Positions 24,550-36,500 of a stretch of 64,000 bases of DNA are shown one piece after another; position 1 is the stretch's first letter; the number at the start of each line of letters is the position of its first letter. The position numbers and the translations under genes were made by a program. The stretch spans positions 56,173,414 through 56,237,413 of the forward strand of contig NC_081367.1 in NCBI RefSeq assembly GCF_030684315.1, written 5' to 3'. Source of the stretch: Stegostoma tigrinum (lineage: Eukaryota). Under the pieces are notes generated by a model. The model had not been told where the DNA came from, searched no databases, and saw nothing but the letters and a program-made list of their open reading frames with translations.

Positions 24550-27419
24550 GTGAGTAATAAACCAACCTCTGCTGGCCGCTTTGTTTAATAGTTGTATGTT
24601 TGAAGTGAATGAAGTAACATTTATGTGGTCCTCTTCACATCAAAGGTGGAGGGATAGGAGGTGAGAGGTAGGTCCGGATACTACCGAAATGTGTCTCCAA
24701 GTATGATGTAGAAAATGGGGCAAAGGCGTGCGCGCGCAGAGTTCCCACCAGCAGCTCGGTGAAAATGACTAGGTGATCTGTTTTAGTAATGTTGCTTCAG
24801 GGCCAAATATTGTTCAGATCATTTGAAGTGACTTTGCAGCTTTGATTAGAATTCTAGCTGGAGAATCTTGTTCCTCCACGGTTTTGGGTCTCATTCGATT
24901 GGTGTCATTTCCAAGAGTATGGATACTACTCTCACCTATATCCATCTTACCTCGGCACTTCCAACCATAGATGTTCCGACAGTTGATCATTCTATCGGAA
25001 GGGTTCACTAGTGCGATCTCAAGCAAGTGTTTCATCCTAATCTGTTGTTAACTGTTTAAAGATATACGAAAATGGGTAATGTTTCCCTTCTCTAAAATTA
25101 ACCAATGATTATTGTCATAAAAATACCATTTGTTTACTTCGGGCCAGAGGGCCTTTAGAAATTCAGATGTTTGAATTCGCATACCATATCCTGGAGAGTT
25201 TTTAATGCGGAAGCTTAAATGATGACAATGTTCACATCGACTAGGAATCTAATATATAGAATTTATCTGCGGGATCTTTCTCAGTGACCTGCACAATCTC
25301 GGCAAAGTCCCGCAGGAAACAGTTACCCAATGAGCAACCTAAGCCCGTTTCCGAGGAAAGTAATTCCAGATGATTTAAAAAAGCTTCAGGATATTTCAGC
25401 GTTGACTCACAGAAAGGTTGAGAAGAAACAATGTGTATTGACAAAATATTCGGTTAATTTTTCCTAAATGAAGCGAGTTTCCCCAAAACGTAAAAAATAA
25501 AACGAATCATTTTGTGTCATTTTTGCATTTGACCTTGTGTCCAATATTTCTACTTGTGCTTTGGTAGCATCTCAATTCTGAAAGCAAACTTCCATGATTA
25601 AATTAAATTTAAGTGCAAGACCTGCTCCGAATATAGATTTGAAGTTAAATAAAGTTGAATGTGAAGCTTGAATAATAATAAGACTTCGCTTATGATATTG
25701 CTGGAAATATCAAGTTTTTTTTAAATTGAAGTTTCATGAACACTCAAAAAGACCTGCCGTGCTTTTCCCAAGAGATCTATTTTTGCATCTGAGTCATGGC
25801 ATCAGCAGTTCTATTGGTTCGCCCCCACACCCCCCCCCCGCCACCAAGTACAGTTTCGATCTGAGTTACGTTGCCACACTTCTGCCAACTAGTCTAGTGA
25901 ATCTTTGATATTTATCTTTTGACGTCCAAGACATTTACACCGAGAAAACTTCAGCGAGACCCTTTGTAAATTGAAAGATTGACTGTCTGTTAATCCTAGT
26001 TCATTTTCAAGAACATTGATGTACTTTGAAGTGCCTCACATCTCATCGTTGCAATGAAACAAAATGGCGACGCATAATACGAAACCTGTGGCCGAAACAA
26101 TTTAATCTGTGTTGCTATTTCTGTTTAATATTCGCTGGCCACTTAACGTTCGTCGATAGTTGACCTCCCGTGCTGTCGTTTGGTGCACGTGATGTTGCGT
26201 CTAAATCTTTCCCTTCCTTTATTCGAATGATGCAATGTCTGGGAACTTCAGGGATGTCCCTCCTTCCTTCATTCATCCTGCTGAGTAAATGAAGGCAGTT
26301 TCCTCCATTGGCCGACAAGCGATCGAATGAGAACACATATGAAGAGGGCTGCCACCTCGGGCCACCATTTCTTGAAATCAGGGTTAATCACGAAGATTTC
26401 CCAACATTGCAGCTAGTGACCAGAATAATTCAGGATCTAATTTCCAAAACGCCGGGTACGCCAGCTCTGCGCCGGTTCTACTGGTCGTGTTTGTGATACT
26501 TGCACTCTTAAAAATTGCTGTATCACTGTATAAACTGAAATAACGGGACGAGGAAAGGAAATGAAAAAAAACCCGAAAGATCCATTTGCAAGTTTGTTGA
26601 AATGGCATTTCGAAATAAAACTCACTGGACTATCAGATTGACTCTGAATTCTGCTGCCAGACCTGTTCGGTTTCTTCAGCAGTTTCTTTTGTTCTTGAAA
26701 TTGCATGCTGGGATATCCTTCTGACATTACTAATTTCTCTCGCACAGGCAATATCTGAAATTATACTTTAACCAGTTTAGTATGATTGGGGCATATCTGC
26801 ACAAATCCTTGAATGTACCACGAGATTTTTTGAAAGCCGGTTAACGAGGCAAGTGGGATCCTGGGTTTTGCAAAGAGAAACAAGAGTCCAAAAGCCAGGA
26901 AATTATGGCAGATGTTTGTGAAGAACTGGTTCTGCCTCAACTGGGGTGTTGCGTCCGATCTTGGATAACAGACTTTGGGAGTGGGAATGGGAAAGAGCAG
27001 AATTGTAGAAGTTACGAAACCATTTAACAGTCTGGTTTTAAGGCTGGGGGCTTCAGTTAGGCGAATACAATGAGACAACTGTGTTTGTTTTCCTTAGCGA
27101 AGGCTGAAAGAAGATGCTTTGGATGGTTTTGAAATGTCAAAGACTCCAGACATCTTAGTATGAGATTGTTCTCATTGGCAGAAATCTTGAGAAGAAAGTG
27201 AGATAAATTAAAGACATATCGGAAAATAACGAAGACAACAAGAAATCAATGTCTTCTGTGGCACCTGGTCATGAGGAATTCGTGATGGAGGAAGAAATGG
27301 TGTCTCATATTGGCGTGTGGTTTGTTTAAATTCAGTTCCAGTAGAGACTTAGGATAAAACATAAACAACATGTTCCTTGCTGAACTTATTAAATTCATTA
27401 ATGTCTGTTAACGTTACAG

Positions 27420-28225
27420 ATCAGTTATTTTGCTTCCTGTGCCTGTCTCAGTGACAAAAACGAGTTCCCAACATTTTTCAGAACAGTAGCCAGTGATGCC
27501 GTTCAAATCAAAGCTTTGTTGAGACTCATAAATTATTTCAAATGGAGCTGGATTGGCATTATTGCAGTTGACAACGTTCACTGATGAAATCTGGAACTCT
27601 AATGTCTGCGTCTCCTATACGGAATTCATCTCTTCGGGTGATGCTCGTGACAGAATGTCAAAGATTGCAGATATAATCATACAATCCTCTGCAAAAGTGA
27701 TCATATTGTTTTGCGGAGAAAGCTACACTTTCTCTTTAATTCAAGAACTCAAAGTGAGAAACATCACTGATTTGCAATTGATCGCAAGCGAAGCCTGGGT
27801 CACCTCATCCCTGATATGGTCAAAAGAAAGTCAGGACATTTTGACTGGCACAATTGGTTTTGGAATCAGGAAAGCGGAGATTCCAGGACTCGAAGATTTT
27901 TTAGTTAAATTTCATCCTTCCACATCACCAGAAAACCCGTTTGTTGAGGAATTTTGGCAAGAGGTTTTCGGTTGTGAAGTAAGGGAACGTGACAGAACCT
28001 CTCCGCAAAACGAGTGGCAATTTTCTGGCAGACCATGTACAGGATCAGAGGATCTGAATTTAACTAAGAACATATACACTGACGTGTCACAGCTAAGGGT
28101 TTCGTACAATGTTTATAAAGCAGTTTATGCTGTAGCACACGCCCTTCATCAAATCCTACATAAATGGAAAAGGACCGTTTTTAAACAAAACATGCGGCCA
28201 AAGATCAAACATCGTACACTGGCAG
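27420..28225 (+). pseudogene. V2R gene C exon 3 with two frameshifting deletions
   Basis: ISYFASCACLSDKNEFPTFFRT...WSWIGIIAVDN, then loss of the DYGxxG segment at ~27575; second shift at ~28161 before NGKGPF...HWQ. Confidence 0.87.
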
Positions 28226-29051
28226 GTAAGAGGTATTTTGTATTCTAATCTAAGAATAAGCAAAACCAAATCTGCCAAGTGTTCTAGTTCTGAAGTAGAA
28301 ATTCCAATCGAGTCCGCTCCGCCATTCATGGATGATCTGATAATCCCACAATCTACTTTCTAGCCTTTTCTCGATAACACTTCATTCCATTTCTGGTGAG
28401 TGTTTAAACATTGGAGCATACTAGTTACACCTTTAGAACTGATAACGGAAGGTATTATCTGCTGCAGTGTTAATCTTATGAAATTCTAAAGTACTTTCAG
28501 AATTTTTCCACGACTCGATAACAAATAGGAAATATTCACAAACAATGTAGCACAGTGCCTGATATGGTTACATAAAGTCATTGGAAGGTTTCTTCGATTT
28601 TATAATATTCATTATTTATTCACGGCTTACGGAATACCTCTGGTTATGGGTTTCATACAATGCTTACAAAAAGCTTTATGCTGTAGCGCACGCCCTGAAC
28701 AGTTATCCGTGATGACACAGAGAGCAATTAAGAACCTTTGGATCCATGAGTGGATCATAACAGGTGAAGGTTGCAGACATTAGTAAAACAATGAAATTTT
28801 TAGGGTAATTAACGTATGGTCTGAATTCAGCTACCATTAAAGTGCGCATTTTTGTTTAAAAAGAGAAACTAATCCAAATTTCACGTCTGCAATGGCGTCA
28901 TACAAATTCATGCCCTTAAATATTAGCGCAATCATCTGGGAAGCAGTCCAGTTACTTCGTTATTATTACTGTGTCCTACTGATGATTACTCATTCAATTT
29001 TTAAAAGTAATTGCGTAATTCAAATATATTTCATGTTATGTCTTTGTTAAG

Positions 29052-29279
29052 CTTTTGCATTATCGTAAAGAAGTCACGTTTATGAATAAATTTGGTGAAG
29101 AAGTAAGCTTTGATTGTAATGGAGCTCCAATGGCTTCATATGACCTAATAAACTGGCAAAGGAGTGCTGATGGGTCCGTTAACTTTGTAAAGGTTGGTTT
29201 TTATGATGCAGCGTTGCCAGAAGGAGAAAAGCTTGTGTTGGATGAACGCACCATCGTCTGGCATGGACATCAACATTTG
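29052..29279 (+). CDS. V2R gene C exon 4
   Basis: LLHYRKEVTF...FDCNGAPMASYDLINWQ; 228 bp. Confidence 0.87.
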
Positions 29280-29681
29280 GTAAGAGTCTTCTGAAGATAC
29301 GAGTGTGAGATATTTGCTAGGTTTCTGATCTCCGCAGAATGTTCTGATCTCTTAATGAAACAAGTGAGTTAGTGTTAATTTTGTTTTATTCCATTAATTG
29401 TAATGAATTTAGTGGTGCTGAAGAAGACAATTATCATCGCACTGGCCAACATCAACAGGATAATTGGTGAATGATATATTGCCTTTGCTATGCGAAATGC
29501 CACTTGCAAATTATCCAGAATTGCGTTGTGGCATTAAACTTAGTGAACAAATTATTTTGGATCAATAAACCATTTCCTCCTTGCTGTTAGTTGCAGAGAA
29601 AGTAATACGGTAATTAATGAATGCACTGTAACAACTCTCCATTTTACAATCAATTACTGCCCAAAGTGTACGCTCTTAAAG

Positions 29682-29815
29682 TTCTGAGGAAGAGTCACTG
29701 AAACGGAAGTGTTTGCACTGAATTCTCTGCACAGATGTTGCCAGATCTGGTGATATTTTCCAGCAATTTCTGAATTAGTTCCTGTTTTCCAGCATCCACC
29801 GTTCTTAGCTTTTTT
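29682..29815 (+). repeat. pLTR-derived short repeat (family of 17786-18010)
   Basis: ttctgaggaagagtcactg...cacagatgttgccaga..ttccagcaatttctg. Confidence 0.45.
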
Positions 29816-30369
29816 TAGTCTGAATATTTTTAGCTTTGCTTAGCATTTTTCAATCATTATATTTCCTCGTTTATGTTGACGACAGTCGAACATTTAAACG
29901 GGATAGCATCCATCCCTAATCCCTCGGGAATATATCAGGTGCACATTCTTCAATATATTTTACTTCACATATAGTGTGTGACCAGTTAAAAAAAAATACA
30001 CGAATCCTTACTTTAGCATTCAGCAAGGAAATTCCTCTCACCCTGCAAGGTTCTACGCTATGGATTCTTCTCGTCCTCCGAGTTTCAAAATGCCTTAACT
30101 TGCATGCTGTTTATCATGCACGTATTATGTTGGAAATAAAAATGTATTACATTCCAGCTGAAAATTATTACTACAGATGTTGGAGATTGCACTATCCACC
30201 TTTCACCACATATGTTTGAATGCTGGCCCCAGGAATCAAAATGATCAACTATATACTTTACCCATGTTTTTTCAGAAGAGAATACAGAATATGTCCAGAA
30301 GAGTTAATTAGTAAGAGTCAGGGCTATTCACCTGGATTTCTACTCTACAGATAATTTATGCTGTCGAGC

Positions 30370-30770
30370 AAAGTCATTGAGATGTGCAGATTGGAACTAG
30401 ACACTGCAGTCCAACCTGTTCATGCCGACCACATATCCTAAATTAATCTGGTCCCATTTGCCAGCATTTGGCCCATATTCCTCTAAACCCTTCCTATGCT
30501 TGGACCAATCCAGATGCCTTTCAAATATTGTAGTTGCACGAACCTTCACCACTTCCTCTGGCATCTCATTCCATACACGCGCCTCCATCTGTATGAAAAT
30601 GCTGTTCGTTCGGTCCCTTTTAAATATTTCCCCTCTTATCTGAAATAAGATGTCCTCTCGTGTTGGACTTCCCTACACTGTAGCAAAAAAAAAAGCACTT
30701 GGCTATTCATCTATACTCCTTATGATTTTATAAACTTCTTTAATGTCACCGACGTTCCAGGGGAAATATC
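30370..30770 (-). mobile_element. CR1 LINE 3' end
   Basis: VWNEMPEEVV...GLEEYGPNAGKWD on minus. Confidence 0.8.
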
Positions 30771-30886
30771 TAGGAAAAAATACCAAGTAAATGGCGATGA
30801 AGTCATGTACTCAAACAACCATTGATACTTTGACCATTATGTGAATGGGTCAAAAGAGCAATAACTGCATTTTCACTCCTCTGCAG

Positions 30887-31009
30887 GTACCAGTGTCAGT
30901 TTGTAGTGACAGCTGTCCAACAGGTACAAGGAAAGCAACTCGGAGGGGTGAGCCTATTTGCTGCTTTGATTGTTTACCATGTGCTGATGGGGAAATTAGT
31001 AACAAACAG
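30887..31009 (+). CDS. V2R gene C exon 5 (nine-cysteine domain), 123 bp
   Basis: [39 protein letters not shown]; one base shorter than needed for the phase-1 junction. Confidence 0.87.
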
Positions 31010-31844
31010 GTACGTATCATTGACCAACTCTCCCTATTCTATAGTAATAAACATATTGTGTGAGCAATGAGGATTGTATCAGTTAAAATTAATCAGCATT
31101 GAGTTATGCAGCTTTGGACCATAAGTATGCCTTGCAATAGATTAAATCATAGAATCCCTACAGTGTGGAAGCAGGGCATTCGGACCATTGAGTCCACACT
31201 GACCTTCCGAGCAGCATCCTACCCAGACCCAGCTCCACCCTCTACCTCAAGCCCCTTCTCTATCCCTGCATTTCCCATTATTGACACCTGAGAAATGTTT
31301 GGTATTTTGATGCTTTACTTCAAGATTTCAGGCTGCTGTAAATTGCTTTGTATCAATGTTGTTATCATGGAATCTGTTGTGATGTTTTGCTGAATTGGAA
31401 CTCGTCTCCAGACGTAAGTGCCCTTCTGTATAAAATTGTTATGTCAGAATTCATAGTGTTCCCTGTTGGAGCAACAACATTCATCGCCTGTTGCATTCCC
31501 TCTGCCGACTGGTAAGACTCTGAGGAAACATCCTTCCAATCTTCTTGTCTTTATGTCAAGTGACACAGTTCATAGGTTTATGCACAGATCATAGGCGGTT
31601 TGTAAATAAAGTGCAGAAATCGCTGTGCCCTGTACACAGATAATAGAGCAATAAAAGCGATGCCAAAAATTGCTTAACATGAAATAGGTTCCCCTGAACT
31701 GGTGTTATGGATCCATTATATAAATATTCAATTGCGCTTCACATTGTTCAAAGCAAATAAGTGCTGCCGTTAACAATAATGACCATACCAAGATGCAAAT
31801 ACTCTGGCCGAAATTTCAAGTTTTACTGTCATCAGACTATAAAA

Positions 31845-32420
31845 TATAGGAGAAGAATTCGGAAATTCGGCTCGTTGGGTTTGCTCCGCCATTCAATCGT
31901 GGGTGGTGTGGCTCTCAATCCCATTCTCCTGTTTCTCCACATAACTGTCAATCCCCTTACTGGTCAAGAAACTCTGAAATACACTCAATGCTTTGACCGT
32001 CGCAGCCCTTCACGGTATCCAGTCCCACAGGCTTACCAGCCTCGAACTGAAGAAAATCCTCCTCATCATCATTTCAAAGCGTCCTCCCTTCTCTCAGAGA
32101 CTGTGCAGTTGAGTGTTAGTCTCTCATACAAGCGAAAACATTTTCTCCAGATTCACTTTCTTCAGGTCTTCCAGTATTATGTCAGTTTCAACGAGATCTT
32201 CGCACCCCCCCACCCCCTCCCCGCCCCACCTTCTTAACTCCATTAGGTACAGACAAAGAATCCTCTATCACTCTTCAGGTGGCAAACCCTTTATTTCTGG
32301 GATCATATTTATGAATGTGTTCTGGACCACTTCACAGGTCAGCATAAGTTTGTCAGTTACGGGTCCAAAACTACTCATAATGTTCCAAATGCAGACTGAT
32401 CAAAGCCTTTTTTTTAGCCT
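31845..32420 (-). mobile_element. Decayed CR1 LINE 3' end
   Basis: ataggag..ccattc..gctccgccattcaat head is the reverse complement of a CR1 tail like that at 61560-61660. Confidence 0.55.
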
Positions 32421-32657
32421 TAATTGTAAATACGTGAACTATTGAAGTTTATCGGGCACAAAACCAAAGGTAGCAATTCGTGAGGTGCCCGATCTTTGTT
32501 TCCAGTTTCAAGGAAAGGTTGATAATTATCTGGAATTCATGGTGAATCCACAACCGATCCATCTTTAGACTGTTCTAGACTTGTGACAGAATAATGTGGG
32601 TCATTCGAGAAGGAACAACCGTTCTAATGGCGTTTTTTTTTCTATCATTCTCTGCAG

Positions 32658-33550
32658 ATTCTGTTGAATGCTTCAAGTGTTCATTACATCACTGGTCAAA
32701 CGATGAAAGAAATGAATGTATTGCAAAGGAAAATGAATACCTCTCCTTTCACGATGGAATTGGAATAACACTGATGAGCATTTCACTACTTGGAGCTTGT
32801 ATCACAGGGGCTGTGGCAGCTGTATTCTTAAATTTCATAAATACTCCCATTGTCAGGGCCAACAATTCGGAACTAAACTTTCTTCTACTAATCTCATTAA
32901 TACTGTGCTTTCTGTGCTCCACTGCATTCATTGGACAGCCATCACCATGGTCATGCATGGTGCGGCACACTGTGTTTGGAGTTAGTTTTGCTTTATGTAT
33001 TTCTTGTCTTCTTAGTAAAACTCTGGTAGTCCTAATGGCATTTAAAGCAACTCTGCCCGGCAGATATATTATGAAATGGTTCGGACCCAAACAACAAAGG
33101 TCAACTGTCTTTTTCTCGACATTGATTCAAATTATAATATGTGTGTTCTGGTTGGTAATCTCTCCCCCACTCCCAGCTAAAAACACCAAATATCAAAGTG
33201 CAAAGATTATCCTTGAATGCGACTTGGGATCTCCGGTTACTTTCTGCTGTGTGTTTGGTTACATTGGGCTCCTGGCTTGTTTTTGTTTAATTTTAGCTTT
33301 CTTGGCCCGAGCGTTACCAGACAAATTCAACGAAGCGAAGTTTATAACATTTAGTATGCTCATTTTCATTGCTGTGTGGTTAACTTTTATCCCTGCTTAT
33401 GTAAGCACCCATGGGAAATATACAGTGGCCGTGGAAGTGTTTGCAATTTTAACATCGAGCTTTGGGTTGCTTATCTGCATATTTACTCCAAAATGTTATA
33501 TTATTTTGTTAAAACCAGAAGAAAACACCAGAAAACACTTGACCGCCTAA
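32658..33550 (+). CDS. V2R gene C exon 6 (7TM), open frame
   Basis: [15 protein letters not shown]...; 7 amino-acid differences from gene A over the shared 258 aa; tctgcag acceptor at 32651-32657. Confidence 0.92.
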
Positions 33551-36500
33551 TCAGATAGACTTGAGACCAATAAAGACAAAACACATCGGCTGGCAAAAGC
33601 ACCCTCGGAAACTGGGAATAGATTATTATTGTTGAAATGCATCCCAATCATGCTGATGTTAATGTTTTAGATGTTTCAGGCAGTGAAGTTGCCTCCCTCA
33701 GGAATGTCTGGTTACAGAGATCCTAGGGAATGGTAACTCTGTTATGTTATTGTCACACTTTTCTTACTTTCACGTAAGTACGGCGTATTTCTGATAGGCA
33801 AAACAAACTTAAACTGTCTGGAAAACCACACTAGAACATCGAGGGAGAGTCCTCCACAATAATGACGAAGTCTGTTTCTCTTGGTTTTGGATCCCCATTC
33901 TAGAAGAAAAACATCTTATCCGGTCGATCTATACAAGAAATTTGTATTCTTGTTCGAAATTGCATCATAATTTTTTCAAACTCCGCAGAATAAAAGCGAT
34001 CCAGTCTATTTAATATTTCAAAATGTTACAATTCATCCAAACCAGAATTAGTTTGATGAACCTTTATTCCCCTCCCTCTATGGCAAGTTGATCTTTCTAC
34101 AGAAAATCACGAAAAACTACACACAAAATTGCAGGTACATTCCCACTAATTTTTCTATATATTTACAGCAATAAATATTTGTTCCTGTACTAAAATCTTC
34201 ATATAATACTGGTTGATATATTAATTGCTTTCAGAATTTCTTGTCTGTCTGCATGTTAACTTATCATGGTTCACTATGAAGGACAGATAAGTCTGTTTGA
34301 AGTTCAACTTTTTATCTCACCTTTTTTGGCACAGTGTTCCATGCGCTTCCCCCACCCCCCCCCACCTCACTCATCTCACACCTTTACACCAAAGAAGCAA
34401 TCTGTTTTGTCCTGGATGGTGCCAAGCAAATGTTAATTGCCAGTTTTCAACCGAAGTCTGTATATTGCCCAGCACTTCCTACATTTGAACATGGACTATC
34501 TTAGCGTCTAAGGAGATGCTGCTCATTGTGCAATAATCACTGACGTAATGGTGAAGAGAAGTTCATTGCTGGTGAAGTTTGAAATGGTTGCATCTAAGGC
34601 ATACACTGAAGGACCCGTTGTAGATGAACTGCAATCGAGATGAATGTTTTCCAACAACCACAGCCATTTTAAAACGTGCCAGTCCAACTCCAAATAGTGG
34701 GAATTTTGTCCTCTGATTCCCATTTGTTTTGCTAGGGCCTCTTGATGCCACACCAAGTCCAGTGTTCACTTGCTAACAAGAGCAGCCACTCTCACCTCAC
34801 CTCAGCAAATTTGTCCCTTAAAACCAAAGATATAATGAGGTTAGGAGCTGAATTACCTGGTGGAACTCAAACTGAGAGTCAGTGAGCTGGTTGTTTCTGA
34901 GCAAGTGCTGACTGATAACACTGTTGAGGATCACCCATAACTTTATTGATGATCGACAATAGACTGATGTGAAAATAATTGGTCGAGTTGGATTTATCTT
35001 GATTTTTGTGTACTGATGATATCTGGGCAATTTTCCACATTATCATGTAGATGCCAGTGTTGTTACATTGCAACCGCTTACGAGGCGCGCAGCAAGTTCT
35101 GGAGCATGAATCTTTGGCACGAATTCCAGAATGTTGTCAGAGCCCATATCCTTTGCAGTATCAGGTGCTTCCAACCATTTCTGGAATTGAATTGCTGAAG
35201 ATTTGAGGGGACAATGATCATTCATTTGGCACTCCAAGATGAAGATTTTTACAAATGGTATAGCATTACTTTTTGGGATAATGTTCTGGTGTTCCCCATT
35301 ATTGAGGATGGAGATTTGTGAATGTGCCTTCTCCCATGAGTTGTTTGATGGTCTGTCACCAGAAGGAGGACACAGAAGGTGGCATGCTGGGTTGTTTATT
35401 TGGGACTGGAGGCCCATGATCAGTTGTGTACTAACAGAATAAGTGCTGGGTCCACTGCTTTTCATCTTTATATAAATGATTTGGATGTGATTTAGGAAGC
35501 CTGGCTAGTAAATTTGCAGACAGTACCAAAATTGGTTGGGTAGTGGGCAGTAAAGAAGGTTATCTTGGAATTGAATGGGAACTTAATCAGATGGGCTGAG
35601 GAGGGGCCGATCAAATTTAATTTAGATAAATATGAGATGTTGCATGATTTGTCAAGATAAATCAGTGCAGGATTATCGAATTAATGATCGGCCCCTAAGG
35701 ATTATTGCCGAACAAAGAGACATGGGGTGCAGGTGCAGATGATGTCTAGGGCCAGAGTTCTCATCCTGTTCTGGCTGAAATTTGAATTTAACTGATTTTA
35801 AAAAATTGACTTAGGAGTCTAATAATCGTCCATTTTTGATCATCGGTAAAACCCTCTACAGTCAACTACCATCAATGAAGAAAGGACACTGTAGGTTCTT
35901 ATCATACATGGTTTGTGTATAACTCCGGACCAAGTGGTTGCCTCTCAACTCCCCTTAAAAAAGTACTATGCCGTTTAATCAACAACGAGAATGTAAAATA
36001 GAGCTCAAGTCAAATAGACGGCCTGGTTCTCCTAGTCACCAGAATACAAAATATTCAAAACAAAAGTCCCCCTCACTGAAACCTGGTTGCAGTTCAAATG
36101 TTAGGACAGCTATCTAACAGACTAGTCGATCAATAAAATGACACAGTCACACTCTAGGAGTGTTACATTTGAGACGGTGCCACACAGCAGCATCACCATT
36201 CCTGGATATTTTCTATTCCATAGGCAGGATGAACCCGGTAGAGGAGTTGGCACACTGGCATGCAGTCAGGAGACAATTGCTCTGGGTGTCCTCAACATTG
36301 ACTCTGGATACCATGAACTGCATTTGCATCAAGTCAAACGAGGACGGATTTCCTGGTACAGTCCTCCTTCAGCTAATAAGCGTACACTCCTCCATGTTGT
36401 GTAGCACTTTGAAGGATGCACGATAATTGGCAGGGGTGAAATGGCAGGAACTTTCAATATTCACTAAATGTGGTTTAGCAGTCGTGCTGCCAAGACCGTG

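Larger units (their letters stand above)
24332..33550 (+). pseudogene. V2R/OlfC gene C, pseudogene with intact 7TM exon
   Basis: Exons 24332-24549, (exon 2 not found), 27420-28225 with ~26-nt and ~5-nt deletions, 29052-29279, 30887-31009 (1 nt short), 32658-33550. Confidence 0.8.

Noticed and set aside
32594-32657. Hydrophobic leader [10 protein letters not shown] resembling a signal peptide
   Set aside because: It is the translated polypyrimidine tract of the exon 6 acceptor; no independent support.
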